Shown here: positions 8,100-18,262 of the stretch, piece by piece
Layout of the letters: each line of letters opens with the position of its first letter
How positions within the stretch are numbered: the first letter of the stretch is position 1
Origin: Nitrosopumilus sp.
GTDB lineage: Archaea > Thermoproteota > Nitrososphaeria > Nitrososphaerales > Nitrosopumilaceae
DNA length: 64,000 nt
Assembly: GCA_965218695.1 (NCBI GenBank)
Contig: OZ244651.1
Span: 1,696,001-1,760,000 of the forward strand
Direction of reading: 5' to 3'
Made by a program: the position numbers and the translations under genes
Notes under the pieces: generated by a model
What the model saw: only the letters and a program-made list of their open reading frames with translations
Databases searched by the model: none
What the model was told of the DNA's origin: nothing

Positions 8100-10211
8100 A
8101 TGATGCAGACGGTGGCAATATTTGCGGTTCTTTCGCTGGCCATCGTTGCGATCATCCCCGCATATGCAGAGGTTACCTCTATGTCACTGACAGAGGATTC
8201 ATTCTCTGTAGATCAGTCCTTTACCATCAGCGGCATCAATGATGAGGGGGGAATAGTCAATGTAATCATTAGAAATTCCAACGGAGATTATAAGGGATTA
8301 GTATCCGGCAGAGCTGTAGGAACTGGTGATGGCTTTGAGACAATTGCCAAGCCGGTATCGGATTTTTTCACTTCATCTGGGGTTTACACTGCCACTGGAT
8401 TTGTGGGGAAACAGAAAGAGGCTGACGGTGTAATCATCCAGATACAGTTTGACGGAGGTAAAATCTTTGAGGCTCCAGACTTTGAGCTAAAACTCAGCGC
8501 CGTCCGGGACAAGAGAGTAGAGACAGGGGAGAGACTGACGTTTACTGCAACCACCACGGATCGCAGCCTGACGGGTGTGGAATATAGCCTAAGGAGGGAC
8601 GCGCCTGTAGGTGCCACGATAGATGCAGAGACGGGCAAGTTTGAATGGACGCCTGCTGCATCGCAAGGGTCAGAGCGTGGAACCGAGTATAATTTTGATA
8701 TTGTGGTAGAAAAATCATCCCAGGAGGACAGGCAGTCAGTCAGGATTACCGTGACGGTGGCTCCCCCACCGGAGCCCGTACTGCAGATACCTGCCCCGTT
8801 TGTTGAGGCCTCAAATGGCCCCCAGTACTACGTGGACAGGTACAACAACGAGCCAAGCTACAGGGATTGGTTTGATTCCACATACCCAGGGTACGCCTCA
8901 ATATACCAGGCAGTTGGACTAGATGAGCCTCGAGCAGAACCAGTAGCAAGCGATACGCTTGTGATTCCTGCCCCGTTTGTTGAGGCCTCAAATGGCCCCC
9001 AGTACTACGTGGACAGGTACAACAACGAGCCAAGCTACAGGGATTGGTTTGATTCCACATACCCAGGGTACGCCTCAATATACCAGGCAGTTGGACTAGA
9101 TGAGCCAGGGGCAGGCCCTGATACACCAGACGGTTCCCAAGGAACCTCAAATGAGACCCCTGTGATTCCTGCCCCGTTTGTTGACAAAACAAGGGATCCC
9201 CAGAGCTACGTGAACAGGTACAACAACGAGCCAAGCTACAGGGAGTGGTTTGACAAGACACATTCAGAGTACGCCTCAATATACCAAGCAGTGGGACTAG
9301 ACGAGCCCAAGGAGCTGGCACCGTTTGTAGACCCCGCACAGGATCCCCAGTACTACATAGACAGGTACAACAACGAGCCGGACTACATGGAGTGGTTTGA
9401 CAGGACGTACCCCGACATTACAATCTATGACGCAGTGGGCGTTGATCCGCCCAAGGAGCTGGCACCGTTTGTAGACCCCGCACAGGATCCCCAGTACTAC
9501 ATAGACAGGTACAACAACGAGCCGGACTACATGGAGTGGTTTGACAGGACGTACCCCGACATTACAATCTATGACGCAGTGGGCGTTGATCCGCCCAAGG
9601 AGCTGGCACCGTTTGTAGACCCCGCACAGGATCCCCAGTACTACATAGACAGGTACAACAACGAGCCGGACTACATGGAGTGGTTTGACAGGACGTACCC
9701 CGACATTACAATCTATGACGCAGTGGGCGTTGATGAGTCAGGAACGGAGGCGCCGGAGGAGGAATGCGGCAAGGGAACTGAACTTGTAGACGGCCAATGT
9801 GTGGCCACATCTGACAACGGCGGCGGATGCCTTATTGCGACAGCAGCATACGGATCCGAGATGGCACCACAGATCCAGATTCTCAGGGAGATTCGTGACG
9901 ACCAGCTGATGAACACCGCATCGGGCGAATCATTCATGACAGGGTTCAACCAGGTATACTACTCGTTCTCGCCATCCGTTGCAGACTACCAGAGGGAGAA
10001 TCCGGCATTCAGGGAGATGGTCAGAGTCGGAATAACCCCGCTGCTATCGACGCTGTCAATCATGGAACACGCAGATACCGAGACGGAGGTCTTGGGGTAT
10101 GGAATCGGTGTGATTCTGCTTAACCTTGGAATGTACGTCGCAGCACCGACGATGCTGCTGTTCTTCGGGATAAGAAGGGCCAGACGAGTCCTTGTCAAGA
10201 CTGCAAGATAG
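8100..10211 (+). CDS. Repeat-rich cell-surface protein with Ig-like domain and CFI-box-CTERM
   Basis: Signal peptide; GATIDAETGKFEWTP Ig-like domain; six APFV..PQYY.DRYNNEP.Y..WFD repeats; GGGCLIATAAYGSE plus C-terminal TM. Confidence 0.85.
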   Translation: MMQTVAIFAVLSLAIVAIIPAYAEVTSMSLTEDSFSVDQSFTISGINDEGGIVNVIIRNSNGDYKGLVSGRAVGTGDGFETIAKPVSDFFTSSGVYTATGFVGKQKEADGVIIQIQFDGGKIFEAPDFELKLSAVRDKRVETGERLTFTATTTDRSLTGVEYSLRRDAPVGATIDAETGKFEWTPAASQGSERGTEYNFDIVVEKSSQEDRQSVRITVTVAPPPEPVLQIPAPFVEASNGPQYYVDRYNNEPSYRDWFDSTYPGYASIYQAVGLDEPRAEPVASDTLVIPAPFVEASNGPQYYVDRYNNEPSYRDWFDSTYPGYASIYQAVGLDEPGAGPDTPDGSQGTSNETPVIPAPFVDKTRDPQSYVNRYNNEPSYREWFDKTHSEYASIYQAVGLDEPKELAPFVDPAQDPQYYIDRYNNEPDYMEWFDRTYPDITIYDAVGVDPPKELAPFVDPAQDPQYYIDRYNNEPDYMEWFDRTYPDITIYDAVGVDPPKELAPFVDPAQDPQYYIDRYNNEPDYMEWFDRTYPDITIYDAVGVDESGTEAPEEECGKGTELVDGQCVATSDNGGGCLIATAAYGSEMAPQIQILREIRDDQLMNTASGESFMTGFNQVYYSFSPSVADYQRENPAFREMVRVGITPLLSTLSIMEHADTETEVLGYGIGVILLNLGMYVAAPTMLLFFGIRRARRVLVKTAR
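8790..9734 (+). repeat. Intragenic tandem repeats (6 units)
   Basis: Near-identical copies at ~8790 and ~8967 (177-nt period), one divergent copy at ~9167, and three identical 144-nt-period copies at 9306, 9450, 9594. Confidence 0.9.
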
Positions 10212-10256
10212 CGCGCCTTCCATCCTGTCTTCAAATATAGATTTTTAGTAGAGCCG

Positions 10257-10682
10257 ATGCCAGTACGCCTGTTGTCCGAAGATCCAGAAATAGAGAGGAT
10301 AAAGCAGAGAAAACTCGAAGAGATGCTGAGGCAACAGCAGCAGAACAGGCCATCGCCAAGGGAATCTGGAATCGTGGACCTGAACGACTCCAACTTTGAC
10401 CAAATAATATCAGCAGAGAGCCCCACGCTGGTGGACTTTTGGGCCGAGTGGTGCGGACCGTGCAAGATGATGCACCCGGTCTTTGAGAGCCTGGACAGAA
10501 AGTATCCGAGGGTGAGGTTTGCAAGGGTGAACGTTGATGCCAGCCAGGGAATCGCCATGAGGTTTGGCGTCCAGTCCATTCCGACATTCATCATGTTCAG
10601 GTCGGGGCGCATGGTGGACAAGATGATGGGCGCAGTGGGCGCCCCTGGGATTCACATGATCTGCAAAAAGCACTCCGGCTGA
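10257..10682 (+). CDS. trxA: Thioredoxin
   Basis: WAEWCGPC motif. Confidence 0.93.
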   Translation: MPVRLLSEDPEIERIKQRKLEEMLRQQQQNRPSPRESGIVDLNDSNFDQIISAESPTLVDFWAEWCGPCKMMHPVFESLDRKYPRVRFARVNVDASQGIAMRFGVQSIPTFIMFRSGRMVDKMMGAVGAPGIHMICKKHSG

Positions 10683-10712
10683 CCCGCCGGGCCCTGCCGC
10701 AGAATGCCGCAT

Positions 10713-12494
10713 TCAGTATGCGTATGCAGCGTCCCGTGACCGCTGAATCTCTACAATCGCGTTTAGCGTCTTTTGCTCCTCGGGGTTCAGCCTGTGCATG
10801 TATCTGGCAAGGAGCATCTTGGCCTCGCGTGAGTGCGGCAGGGTATAGTACGTGTCATCCTCGAAGAGATGCTTGCCGATCACGGCATTCTGGACAGAGC
10901 ATGCAACCTCGTCGCCCTTTCTTGCCGAGTCCACAGTCTTGCCGTCCAGCTGAAGCTGGTGGATGGTCCCTACCCTTCTGCCGTGCTTGTCCATGAACGA
11001 GACCTTCTGCCGCAGCACCCCGGTGTCTATGGTTATCCCAAAGACTGCGGGGCTGCTGTTTCTAAAGACGAACCCCTTCATGAACGTAAACCGGGAGATC
11101 GGCGTGAGTTCTGCAAATATGGCGTCGTCCTCGTGCGCAGTGTCCTCCTCTACCCACGCGTTGTAGCCGTCAACCAGGCTGTAGATTATCCTGTCCTCAA
11201 ATATCCTGACGTGGGACTCTTCTGATGCCTCCCTTGCGTCAGGCAGGACGCGCACGTTGAATGCCAGGACCACCCCCAGATGCCGGTCCTTCTCCTTGAC
11301 GGTTCCTGCGTCCACGACGTCCCGTCGGTTCACGGAACCGATGTCGGCCTTTGCTATGGGCACCTGTAAGCGCCTGAGCATCTCGGCTACGGCCTCAAGG
11401 GAGCCGATCGTGTCGCACTTGACCACCACTCCGTTGCTCATGGTGTCGACAAATACGGTGCTCATCTCAGACTCTATCAGGCCGGTAAACCTTTTGATGT
11501 CGTCCTGGTCTGATGCGACATAGAGCGTGCTGCCCGGGAGGACCCCCTCCAGGTCCGGCGATGCTATCTTGAGGCCGGCGGCGGCCTCCACCTCGGACAC
11601 CGACATGAACTTGTCTCTCGGATCCCGCATCTCGTCAAGCGGCTTTGGCAGGAGCAGCGCCTTTGGCTTTGTCACCACCACCGAATCCCTCCTTGCCACC
11701 ACGATCCTGTCCTCCTTTCGCATGGTTCCGTCAATCAGGATTATGTTGGCAGTCTGTCCGAGTCCCGTCTCGTCATTCACCTCAAGGACGATCCCGCGCG
11801 GGTCCTTCTCTTCCTGATCCAGCCGCTTCTGCAGGTACTGCTGGGTCAGCCCCACAAGCACGCTGAGAAGTTCCGGGATGCCGACATCAGAGCGAGCCGA
11901 GATCGGCACGATTGCTACTTCTGACTTGAAGTCCTTGACCCGGTAGAACGCCTCGGACTTGTAGCCCAGTATGGACAGGGTCCCCACAACATCATAGAGT
12001 TTTTGTTCAAGATCCGCCTGGACAGACGCGTCCTGCTCCTTTATCACCTGTGAGATGAACCGGGACTCTGACTTTCTCCACCCGGAGATCTGATCGCACT
12101 TGTTCAGAGCCACCACAAACGGAACCTTCCTGCTCTGGAGTATCCTCAGGCTCTCGTTTGTCTGGGGCTGGAACCCGCGGTTGACATCGACTACCAGTAC
12201 TGCAATGTCGGCAGCCGAGCCGCCCCGTGACCGGAGGTTTGTAAAGACCTCGTGGCCGGGAGTGTCAATTACCAGTATTCCGGGAATCTTGCTGCCTGCG
12301 TGCTCCAGCCTTTCGTACAGGCGGCCGCACGTATCCCGGATGGTATCAACGGGAAGAAAGCTTGCGCCTATGTGCTGTGTGATGCCGCCTGCCTCTCGTC
12401 CCTGTACGCCTGTTCCGCGAATCCGGTCCAGAAGGGATGTCTTGCCAGAGTCTACATGACCGAGAACTGCCACTATTGGCTGTCTGATGTGCAA
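10713..12494 (-). CDS. infB: Translation initiation factor aIF5B (IF-2)
   Basis: GHVDSGKT, EAGGITQHIGA, DTPGHE, NKCD. Confidence 0.97.
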   Translation of the reverse strand: MHIRQPIVAVLGHVDSGKTSLLDRIRGTGVQGREAGGITQHIGASFLPVDTIRDTCGRLYERLEHAGSKIPGILVIDTPGHEVFTNLRSRGGSAADIAVLVVDVNRGFQPQTNESLRILQSRKVPFVVALNKCDQISGWRKSESRFISQVIKEQDASVQADLEQKLYDVVGTLSILGYKSEAFYRVKDFKSEVAIVPISARSDVGIPELLSVLVGLTQQYLQKRLDQEEKDPRGIVLEVNDETGLGQTANIILIDGTMRKEDRIVVARRDSVVVTKPKALLLPKPLDEMRDPRDKFMSVSEVEAAAGLKIASPDLEGVLPGSTLYVASDQDDIKRFTGLIESEMSTVFVDTMSNGVVVKCDTIGSLEAVAEMLRRLQVPIAKADIGSVNRRDVVDAGTVKEKDRHLGVVLAFNVRVLPDAREASEESHVRIFEDRIIYSLVDGYNAWVEEDTAHEDDAIFAELTPISRFTFMKGFVFRNSSPAVFGITIDTGVLRQKVSFMDKHGRRVGTIHQLQLDGKTVDSARKGDEVACSVQNAVIGKHLFEDDTYYTLPHSREAKMLLARYMHRLNPEEQKTLNAIVEIQRSRDAAYAY

Positions 12495-12500
12495 GATGGA

Positions 12501-12926
12501 TCACTCAAACGCTACCCTCGATTCGTGATCAAAACTTGCCTGTGAATCTGATGCGTGGATTATGTTTTCGCTGAATCCCAGTCCAAAGTCGCCCCTGACG
12601 GAGCCTGGTGCAGCCTCTGCAGAATTTGTAGCGCCGATGATCGTCCGGGTCGCTGCAACTGCGCAGTTGCCCTTGATGACTGCTGCCACCACCGGCCCTG
12701 ACGTGATGAATGATGTAAGCTCTCCAAAGAAGGGCTTGTCCTTGTGGACATCGTAGAATCTTTCTGCCTGCTCCATGCTAAAGGTAAACATCCTTAGTTT
12801 TAGAATGCGGAATCCCTTCTCCTCAAACCGGGATATGATGCGACCCACCAGGTTTCGTGCCACGGCATCAGGCTTTACGATGAACAGCGTCTGTTCGGTC
12901 AAGGCTCTACTTTCTCCTGATTCCAC
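12501..12926 (-). CDS. ndk: Nucleoside diphosphate kinase
   Basis: IVKPDAV, PGSVRGDF, NIIHASDS; true start may be slightly downstream. Confidence 0.95.
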   Translation of the reverse strand: MESGESRALTEQTLFIVKPDAVARNLVGRIISRFEEKGFRILKLRMFTFSMEQAERFYDVHKDKPFFGELTSFITSGPVVAAVIKGNCAVAATRTIIGATNSAEAAPGSVRGDFGLGFSENIIHASDSQASFDHESRVAFE

Positions 12927-13107
12927 CCTTGACGTACTTGTTGGTCCACTTTAGCTTTCTTGGATCGCGCTTGAGTTCAAGTGCGTTCTTTTTGCATTTG
13001 GCAGAGCAGTACCACAGGACAGTGCCGTCGTTTTTGGCAAACATGGTGCCTGAACCCTTGGCGACTGGCCTATTGCAGAAATTACACGGTTTGACTAAGA
13101 GGCTCAT
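12907..13107 (-). CDS. rpl24e: 50S ribosomal protein L24e
   Basis: CNFC...GSGTMFAKNDG...CSAKC...RDPRKLKWT. Confidence 0.96.
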   Translation of the reverse strand: MSLLVKPCNFCNRPVAKGSGTMFAKNDGTVLWYCSAKCKKNALELKRDPRKLKWTNKYVKGGIRRK

Positions 13108-13117
13108 GCATGCTCAC

Positions 13118-13330
13118 CTACTTTATCTTCTTGGCTTCCCTCTCAGTCTCCCTGAGCATCAGGATCTCCCCTATCCTGACGGAGCCCTTTACGTTCCTAG
13201 TGAGAATCCGTCCCCGGTCCTTGCCGGTAAGAATCTTGACGCGGACCTGGATCACCTCGCCTGCAATGCCGGTACGCCCGACGATCTGAATTATCTCGGA
13301 TTGGACCACCTCGTCAGTCGTGGCGCTCAT
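13118..13330 (-). CDS. rps28e: 30S ribosomal protein S28e
   Basis: [14 protein letters not shown]...RNVKG...LRETEREA. Confidence 0.96.
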   Translation of the reverse strand: MSATTDEVVQSEIIQIVGRTGIAGEVIQVRVKILTGKDRGRILTRNVKGSVRIGEILMLRETEREAKKIK

Positions 13331-13713
13331 CAGTCAGTCTTGCCGCCCTTAATCTTAGAAATTGATGAGACAACCTGGTCTACAATGTGTTGTGCATCAC
13401 CGGCATCCAAAATTGCAGCCGCAGCAGAAGTAATGTCAATGCCCAGCGATTTGCCGAGTTCCTGTTTGCTTGGGACGAATGCAAATGCCGCGCCCTGCTC
13501 CTCGCACAGAATTGGAAGATGTGCTACAATTTCAGGGGGCTCCACGTCCTCTGCGATGATAATCAGCTTGCTTATGCCGCGCTCTATTGCCTTTGTTGCC
13601 TCGTTTGTGCCCTTTTTGACCTTGCCGCTGGTGGATGCAACCCTGACTGCCTCCAGAATCGGATTTACCAGATCCTGTGGCGTCTCAAATTTAACATAAT
13701 ACGCTTTTGCCAT
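13330..13713 (-). CDS. rpl7ae: 50S ribosomal protein L7Ae
   Basis: [29 protein letters not shown]. Confidence 0.97.
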   Translation of the reverse strand: MAKAYYVKFETPQDLVNPILEAVRVASTSGKVKKGTNEATKAIERGISKLIIIAEDVEPPEIVAHLPILCEEQGAAFAFVPSKQELGKSLGIDITSAAAAILDAGDAQHIVDQVVSSISKIKGGKTD

Positions 13714-13758
13714 CTTTTTGATCCTTGTGCATGGTTTTAAAAGTGTTAGCCGGTAGGC

Positions 13759-15520
13759 CAGCTAACCCAAATCTAATTCACTACACGCAAGTCCAACACG
13801 TGATGCCATGCATTCTGATGTAAAACTGCCCGCAGGTTCCATGAAAACGGAATTAGTCGACCGACACGCGCATCCCAAACCCGGAGTGCTGGCATCCTGT
13901 CCATGTGATGTGCAGATATCGACGCGGCGTGAAAAAATGTGCGCAATATGCCCTGTCATGCGGCATGCAGGCAGGCAGGCAACAGATGAGATCAGGCGGG
14001 CACTGGCCGGACGCCGGGCAAGTCAGGCAAGCCCGGCGGGGGTTCGGGACCGGGCCGCTGCCCAAGGATCCACAACAGCAGCACGAACTTTAGCGCAGTC
14101 TGCGTGGTCTTGGGGCCGGCATGGTCTCCTGACCGGAACGCCAAAAGCGCGTTGGCTGCAACCCACAGGTTGAATAACAGCAGGGAGTACAGGAAGCAGA
14201 AGAGGCGCGCGACGCGGTTGCGGCTGCGCGTCTTGGCCCTCATGCTCTCTATCTTGGCGTATCCGGTCTCTATCCCCCATCGGGCGGCATACGCGTCGGG
14301 GTTTATGCCCGGCACGCTGGTGGCAAACCCGATGTACTTCTCTTCTGGTTTGGCGTTGGGATCTTGGCAGCCCTTTCGCCTCACTATGGACAGAAAGCAC
14401 GATGCCGACTTGCCCCGGCCGTGCATGACGTACTCTGAGACTGCGTTTCTGGTGCCTTCTGCAAACTCCCGCAGCGCCTCTGCCACCCCGGGGGTGTTCC
14501 TGGCAGGCATGAGGTAGTCGATTCCCCTGCTGTTTAGCGCGTCGATCGTCTGCATTGCAAAAAATTCCCTGTCCATCAGGACAAGGCCGATCTTGGCTCC
14601 TGCGGCAAGGCAGCCGTCAAGCACGGCTCCTGCCATGTCCGGGCCTGACGTGAGCGCCGGCACGCCCAGCGCGGCAAGGTTCAGGCGCGCGCCGGGGTTG
14701 ACTGCTTGGGCGGTGATGTATCTTTCAAAATATTTTGTCCCGTTTTTGTACCTAGAGCGCGCAAGCTCGGGACCGCGCGTTCGGTCATACCGGGATATCA
14801 GGTGCATGTCTATGGCGACTGTGAGCCCCTCGACAGGCAGCATGCCTGCCTGTCCCAGCCGGTCCAGCTGCCCAGAGACTGCCTGCCTGAACCGGCACGC
14901 CATGTTGTCCTCGTCGATGCCAAGCAGCCTCAGCCGGAACCACTCGTCACTTGGAACCGCATGGCCTGCCCTTGCGTCTCCGGCCTCCGATGCCGACCGC
15001 ATGCCGTTGGCCGCGCCGCCGACTGACGTGTCAAGGATGGCTCCCCTCACCATGCCGTCGCTCAGGTCCGATACGCCGTATTTCCTGTTGCGTCCGGCCG
15101 GAAGAGGGACGATCGACCCGACGACGTCGCAGAGTCCCGGCATCATTTGGCAGCGGATCCGGGAGTTGTTTCGGAAGTCGCGCATGATCTTGTTTGCCCC
15201 CTGATTGGAGGGCACGCCGTGTCTGCTCATCCCGGCTGCCTCCCCGGGGCGTGCTGCGTTTGTGCCTGCACGGCACGCCTTGCCGCCGCACGGGTGCGCT
15301 TAAATAAAAACCCGGCAAGGATATTATGGATTCTGGGTTGTCCTGTGTGGTGGTGCATGCCGTGCATCCCCGAATCCACTTATCTGCACAACAACCATCC
15401 CGAGCCCGGAATGCGGTCCGATGTGACGTGCGTTGACACTGATCATCTAGGTCGAATGCTTCTGCAGCCATGTTTTGGCGCATGTGCGTTACGTGGACAA
15501 AATTACTTTTGGGTTAGCTG
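13759..15520 (-). mobile_element. ISH3-family (IS4-like) insertion sequence
   Basis: TIRs CAGCTAACCCAAAtcTAATT / CAGCTAACCCAAAagTAATT (18/20); direct repeat GTAGGC at 13753-13758 and 15521-15526. Confidence 0.88.
13992..15230 (-). CDS. ISH3/IS4-type DDE transposase
   Basis: VAIDMH, LMDREFF, YAARWGIETGY (YREK-type) motifs. Confidence 0.88.
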   Translation of the reverse strand: MSRHGVPSNQGANKIMRDFRNNSRIRCQMMPGLCDVVGSIVPLPAGRNRKYGVSDLSDGMVRGAILDTSVGGAANGMRSASEAGDARAGHAVPSDEWFRLRLLGIDEDNMACRFRQAVSGQLDRLGQAGMLPVEGLTVAIDMHLISRYDRTRGPELARSRYKNGTKYFERYITAQAVNPGARLNLAALGVPALTSGPDMAGAVLDGCLAAGAKIGLVLMDREFFAMQTIDALNSRGIDYLMPARNTPGVAEALREFAEGTRNAVSEYVMHGRGKSASCFLSIVRRKGCQDPNAKPEEKYIGFATSVPGINPDAYAARWGIETGYAKIESMRAKTRSRNRVARLFCFLYSLLLFNLWVAANALLAFRSGDHAGPKTTQTALKFVLLLWILGQRPGPEPPPGLPDLPGVRPVPA

Positions 15521-15732
15521 GTAGGCCAGAGGGACTGTGGGGGTCTTCATAATATGCCAAGCGCCTCCTGAGATCGGTGATCATCACCTCGCGCTCCGCA
15601 TCCTTTAGTGAGTTCCGCATTCTCTGCTTGCATTGCCTTTATGATCTCGACCATCCCTCCAGTTGTTTTTCATATTTCCCGATGACCCTTGCCAGTTCGT
15701 CGCGCAGTATCTTGATTTCCGGGTTTGACAAT
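15521..15732 (-). pseudogene. Frameshifted N-terminal remnant, probably of an IS66-type transposase
   Basis: Coiled-coil fragments LSNPEIKILRDELARVIGKYEKQLE... and DAEREVMITDLRRRLAYYEDPHSPS, resembling IS66 TnpC N-termini; cut by the ISH3 insertion. Confidence 0.45.
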
Positions 15733-15818
15733 GGGTGCTGTTGGGCAGCTTGTGATTTAGATCATGATGGTTGCAGAAAAATGGCTTAGGCGTAAACCTA
15801 AACTGTTACTAGGCCAGA

Positions 15819-17180
15819 CTATCCACTGAGAATCGAGTTTATTTTTCCGGTGTACTCTGACATTATTTCATCCAACCTGTCCTGGCTTTTGGCCTCGGCA
15901 TATATCCGGACTATGGGTTCTGTGCCGCTGGGTCGAATCATCACCCACTCCCCGGAGTCCAGCAGTATCCTAACGCCGTCAGTCGTATCAGATTCTGGAA
16001 ACTCCTCGTTCAGTGCAGAGATGAGTCCCGGGACGTCCCGTGCAGGACACGGAACCCTGTCCTTGGTGGTAAAGGATGGGGGCAGTTCCAGTACCTCGTC
16101 AGACAGGCCCTTCCTCCCCCCGGACGACGCTGCAAGGACGTCAAGCATCAGTGCCAGTGTCATGCAGCCGTCCCGAACCTGGTTGTGCGGTCCGTACATG
16201 AATCCGCCGTTCTCCTCAAAGCCGATAAGCGCACCTGTCTGGACCATCATCCTGGACACCTCCACGCTTCCGACCTTGGTGCGGATTACCTTGGAGCCGG
16301 ACTGCGCAGCCAGCGACTCTATACCGGAGCCCGAGTTCAGGCAGGTAATGGCAAGGGATTCCGGGGAGTTCCCAAGGATGTGCCTTGCAAGGACGAGTGC
16401 GGAGCTGTCGCCGGTCAACACCTTTCCATGCTCGTCACAGAATATGCTTCGATCCCCGTCGCCGTCAAAGGCGATTCCCAGATCCGCGTGATTTTCCACG
16501 ACTGCCTCGGAGAGATCCGAGAGGTTCTGCGGCGTCGGCTCCGAGCCCCGTCCTGGAAAGTTTCCGTCAATGTCTTCATTTACAAGGTACACCCTGCACC
16601 CCAGCATCCTGCACAGGTCCGGTGCAGACACTGCCTGTGCGCCGTTTCCAAGATCCAGCACCACGCCAAACCCCCTTGACCTGACCCTGTCAGAGTCTAT
16701 CCTGGATGCAACCCCGTCAAGGTACGCCCTTGTTGCGCGCTCTTCCGTACCAGTCTCCCCCCACGAGGCAGCAGCAGGCTTGCCCCATCCCTTCTGCAGG
16801 TATATCTCCTCCACTGCAAGCTCGTCACTCCTAGATATCTCCACCCCGTCAGGCGCGACAGGCTTGATGCCGTTGTACTCTGGCGGGTTGTGCGAGGCTG
16901 TAATCATTATTCCCCCAGAGTATCCCAGGGATCTCACCGCGTACTCTAGGCACGGGGTCGGGACTATTCCTGCCACGCTACAGTCGACTCCTATGGAGTT
17001 TAGCGCAGAGCAGACCACTTTGCACAGTACGGGCCCGGACTCCCTTCCGTCATACCCGACCAGCACGGGGGGCCCTCCAAAGAACGTCCCTAACGCAAGT
17101 GTCATGTCATGGACAAATTCCAGTGTGAGGTCCTGTCCGAACACCCCCCGAATGCCGTTTGTCCCAAAGAATCTTGCCAC
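15819..17180 (-). CDS. glmM: Phosphoglucosamine mutase / phosphohexomutase
   Basis: FGTNGIRG, TASHNP, FDGDGDR, RPSGTEP. Confidence 0.9.
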   Translation of the reverse strand: MARFFGTNGIRGVFGQDLTLEFVHDMTLALGTFFGGPPVLVGYDGRESGPVLCKVVCSALNSIGVDCSVAGIVPTPCLEYAVRSLGYSGGIMITASHNPPEYNGIKPVAPDGVEISRSDELAVEEIYLQKGWGKPAAASWGETGTEERATRAYLDGVASRIDSDRVRSRGFGVVLDLGNGAQAVSAPDLCRMLGCRVYLVNEDIDGNFPGRGSEPTPQNLSDLSEAVVENHADLGIAFDGDGDRSIFCDEHGKVLTGDSSALVLARHILGNSPESLAITCLNSGSGIESLAAQSGSKVIRTKVGSVEVSRMMVQTGALIGFEENGGFMYGPHNQVRDGCMTLALMLDVLAASSGGRKGLSDEVLELPPSFTTKDRVPCPARDVPGLISALNEEFPESDTTDGVRILLDSGEWVMIRPSGTEPIVRIYAEAKSQDRLDEIMSEYTGKINSILSG

Positions 17181-17334
17181 AATACCACCAGCGTACTTGA
17201 TGAATTTGTGGGTATCTGTCAGCGTACCGCATGGCATCGTCCGGACGGCAGACGCCCATACCATTCTGGCAGGGCATCCCGCCGGACCACGCCGGCCTGG
17301 ATAAGTTAAATTTATGCCCTGCCGTACACCGTGT

Positions 17335-17419
17335 GCGGGAGTTGCCCAGCCCGGTCAAAGGCGTAGGGTTTAGGTCCCTATCTCTCAGGAGTTCGTGGGT
17401 TCAAATCCCACCTCCCGCA
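17335..17419 (+). tRNA. tRNA-Leu (TAG)
   Basis: GCGGGAG/CTCCCGC acceptor stem, TAGGG-TT TAG GT-CCCTA anticodon arm, long variable arm, GTTCAAATC. Confidence 0.96.
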
Positions 17420-17433
17420 TTACAATCCGTGCG

Positions 17434-18210
17434 TAGTTGCACAACCTTCTGCGGTTCGACCTTCATGATCAAGACAGCATGGCCCAAGACGTATCTTTGT
17501 CTCACGTCCTTGCGATTGCCTCCTGCGATGCGCGCAACATGCGGTTGTACGGCCAAATCTTGATCCGGATTTCCTGTTTTATGTTCTTCCACTTTGCGGC
17601 CCAGACGGCATCACCAAATACCCCCTTGAATGCCGATAATGCAACCTCCACATTCCACCGCTTGCCATGGCCTACGCGAACCTTCCATCGTTCCCTGTTC
17701 TTCTAGCGCTTCTTCGCGTTCAGGGGCCGCGAACTTTTTGGGGTCGGTGACGCCGCCTCCAAGCTGATCCGGCACGGCGCTGGTGCGGAACCTGTCCACG
17801 CAGTTCGAACGCGCGTTGGGGTTCCCGTCGTATTCAAACGGACGACCGTTCTTCTTGCGGTTCATCCCCGCAACCCCGTTGGTCCAGTCCGGATCAACGC
17901 AAGGTGCAGTGCCGTTCCACGGTCCACGTACCTTGCGTCGTTTTGCGCATGCGTGATGCGTAGTAATGATTTCTGTCTGGCAGGTTTTGCAGCATCCGTC
18001 TTGCTCGTTATCACACGCACAGCACGCACTGATCTTTGTGCATATAGAACAAACACGATTGATCTTTTGGCTGATCATGATTGATCCAAGAGATGCCAGA
18101 CAGCACGGGACGCGTAATGGTAATCCTTGGAACAGCTGGCCGACAGTCCAGATGATTACAAACGTAACTGCTGCTGAACTGCTTCGTATCCGGACATAGT
18201 TGTGCAACTA
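17434..18210 (-). mobile_element. Internally deleted IS5-family (IS903-like) derivative
   Basis: Perfect 12-bp IR TAGTTGCACAAC / GTTGTGCAACTA; transposase remnants MNRKKNGRPFEY and KRWNVEVALSAFKGVFGDAVWAAKWKNIKQEIRIK. Confidence 0.75.
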
Positions 18211-18262
18211 ACTGCCACAAGGCAACATGTTTTATTTGACCGTATCTTGACGTGAATCTGTA

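Noticed and set aside
9306-9734. Exact tandem repeats as a possible CRISPR array
   Set aside because: 144-nt in-frame coding units with no unique spacers; no cas genes in the window.
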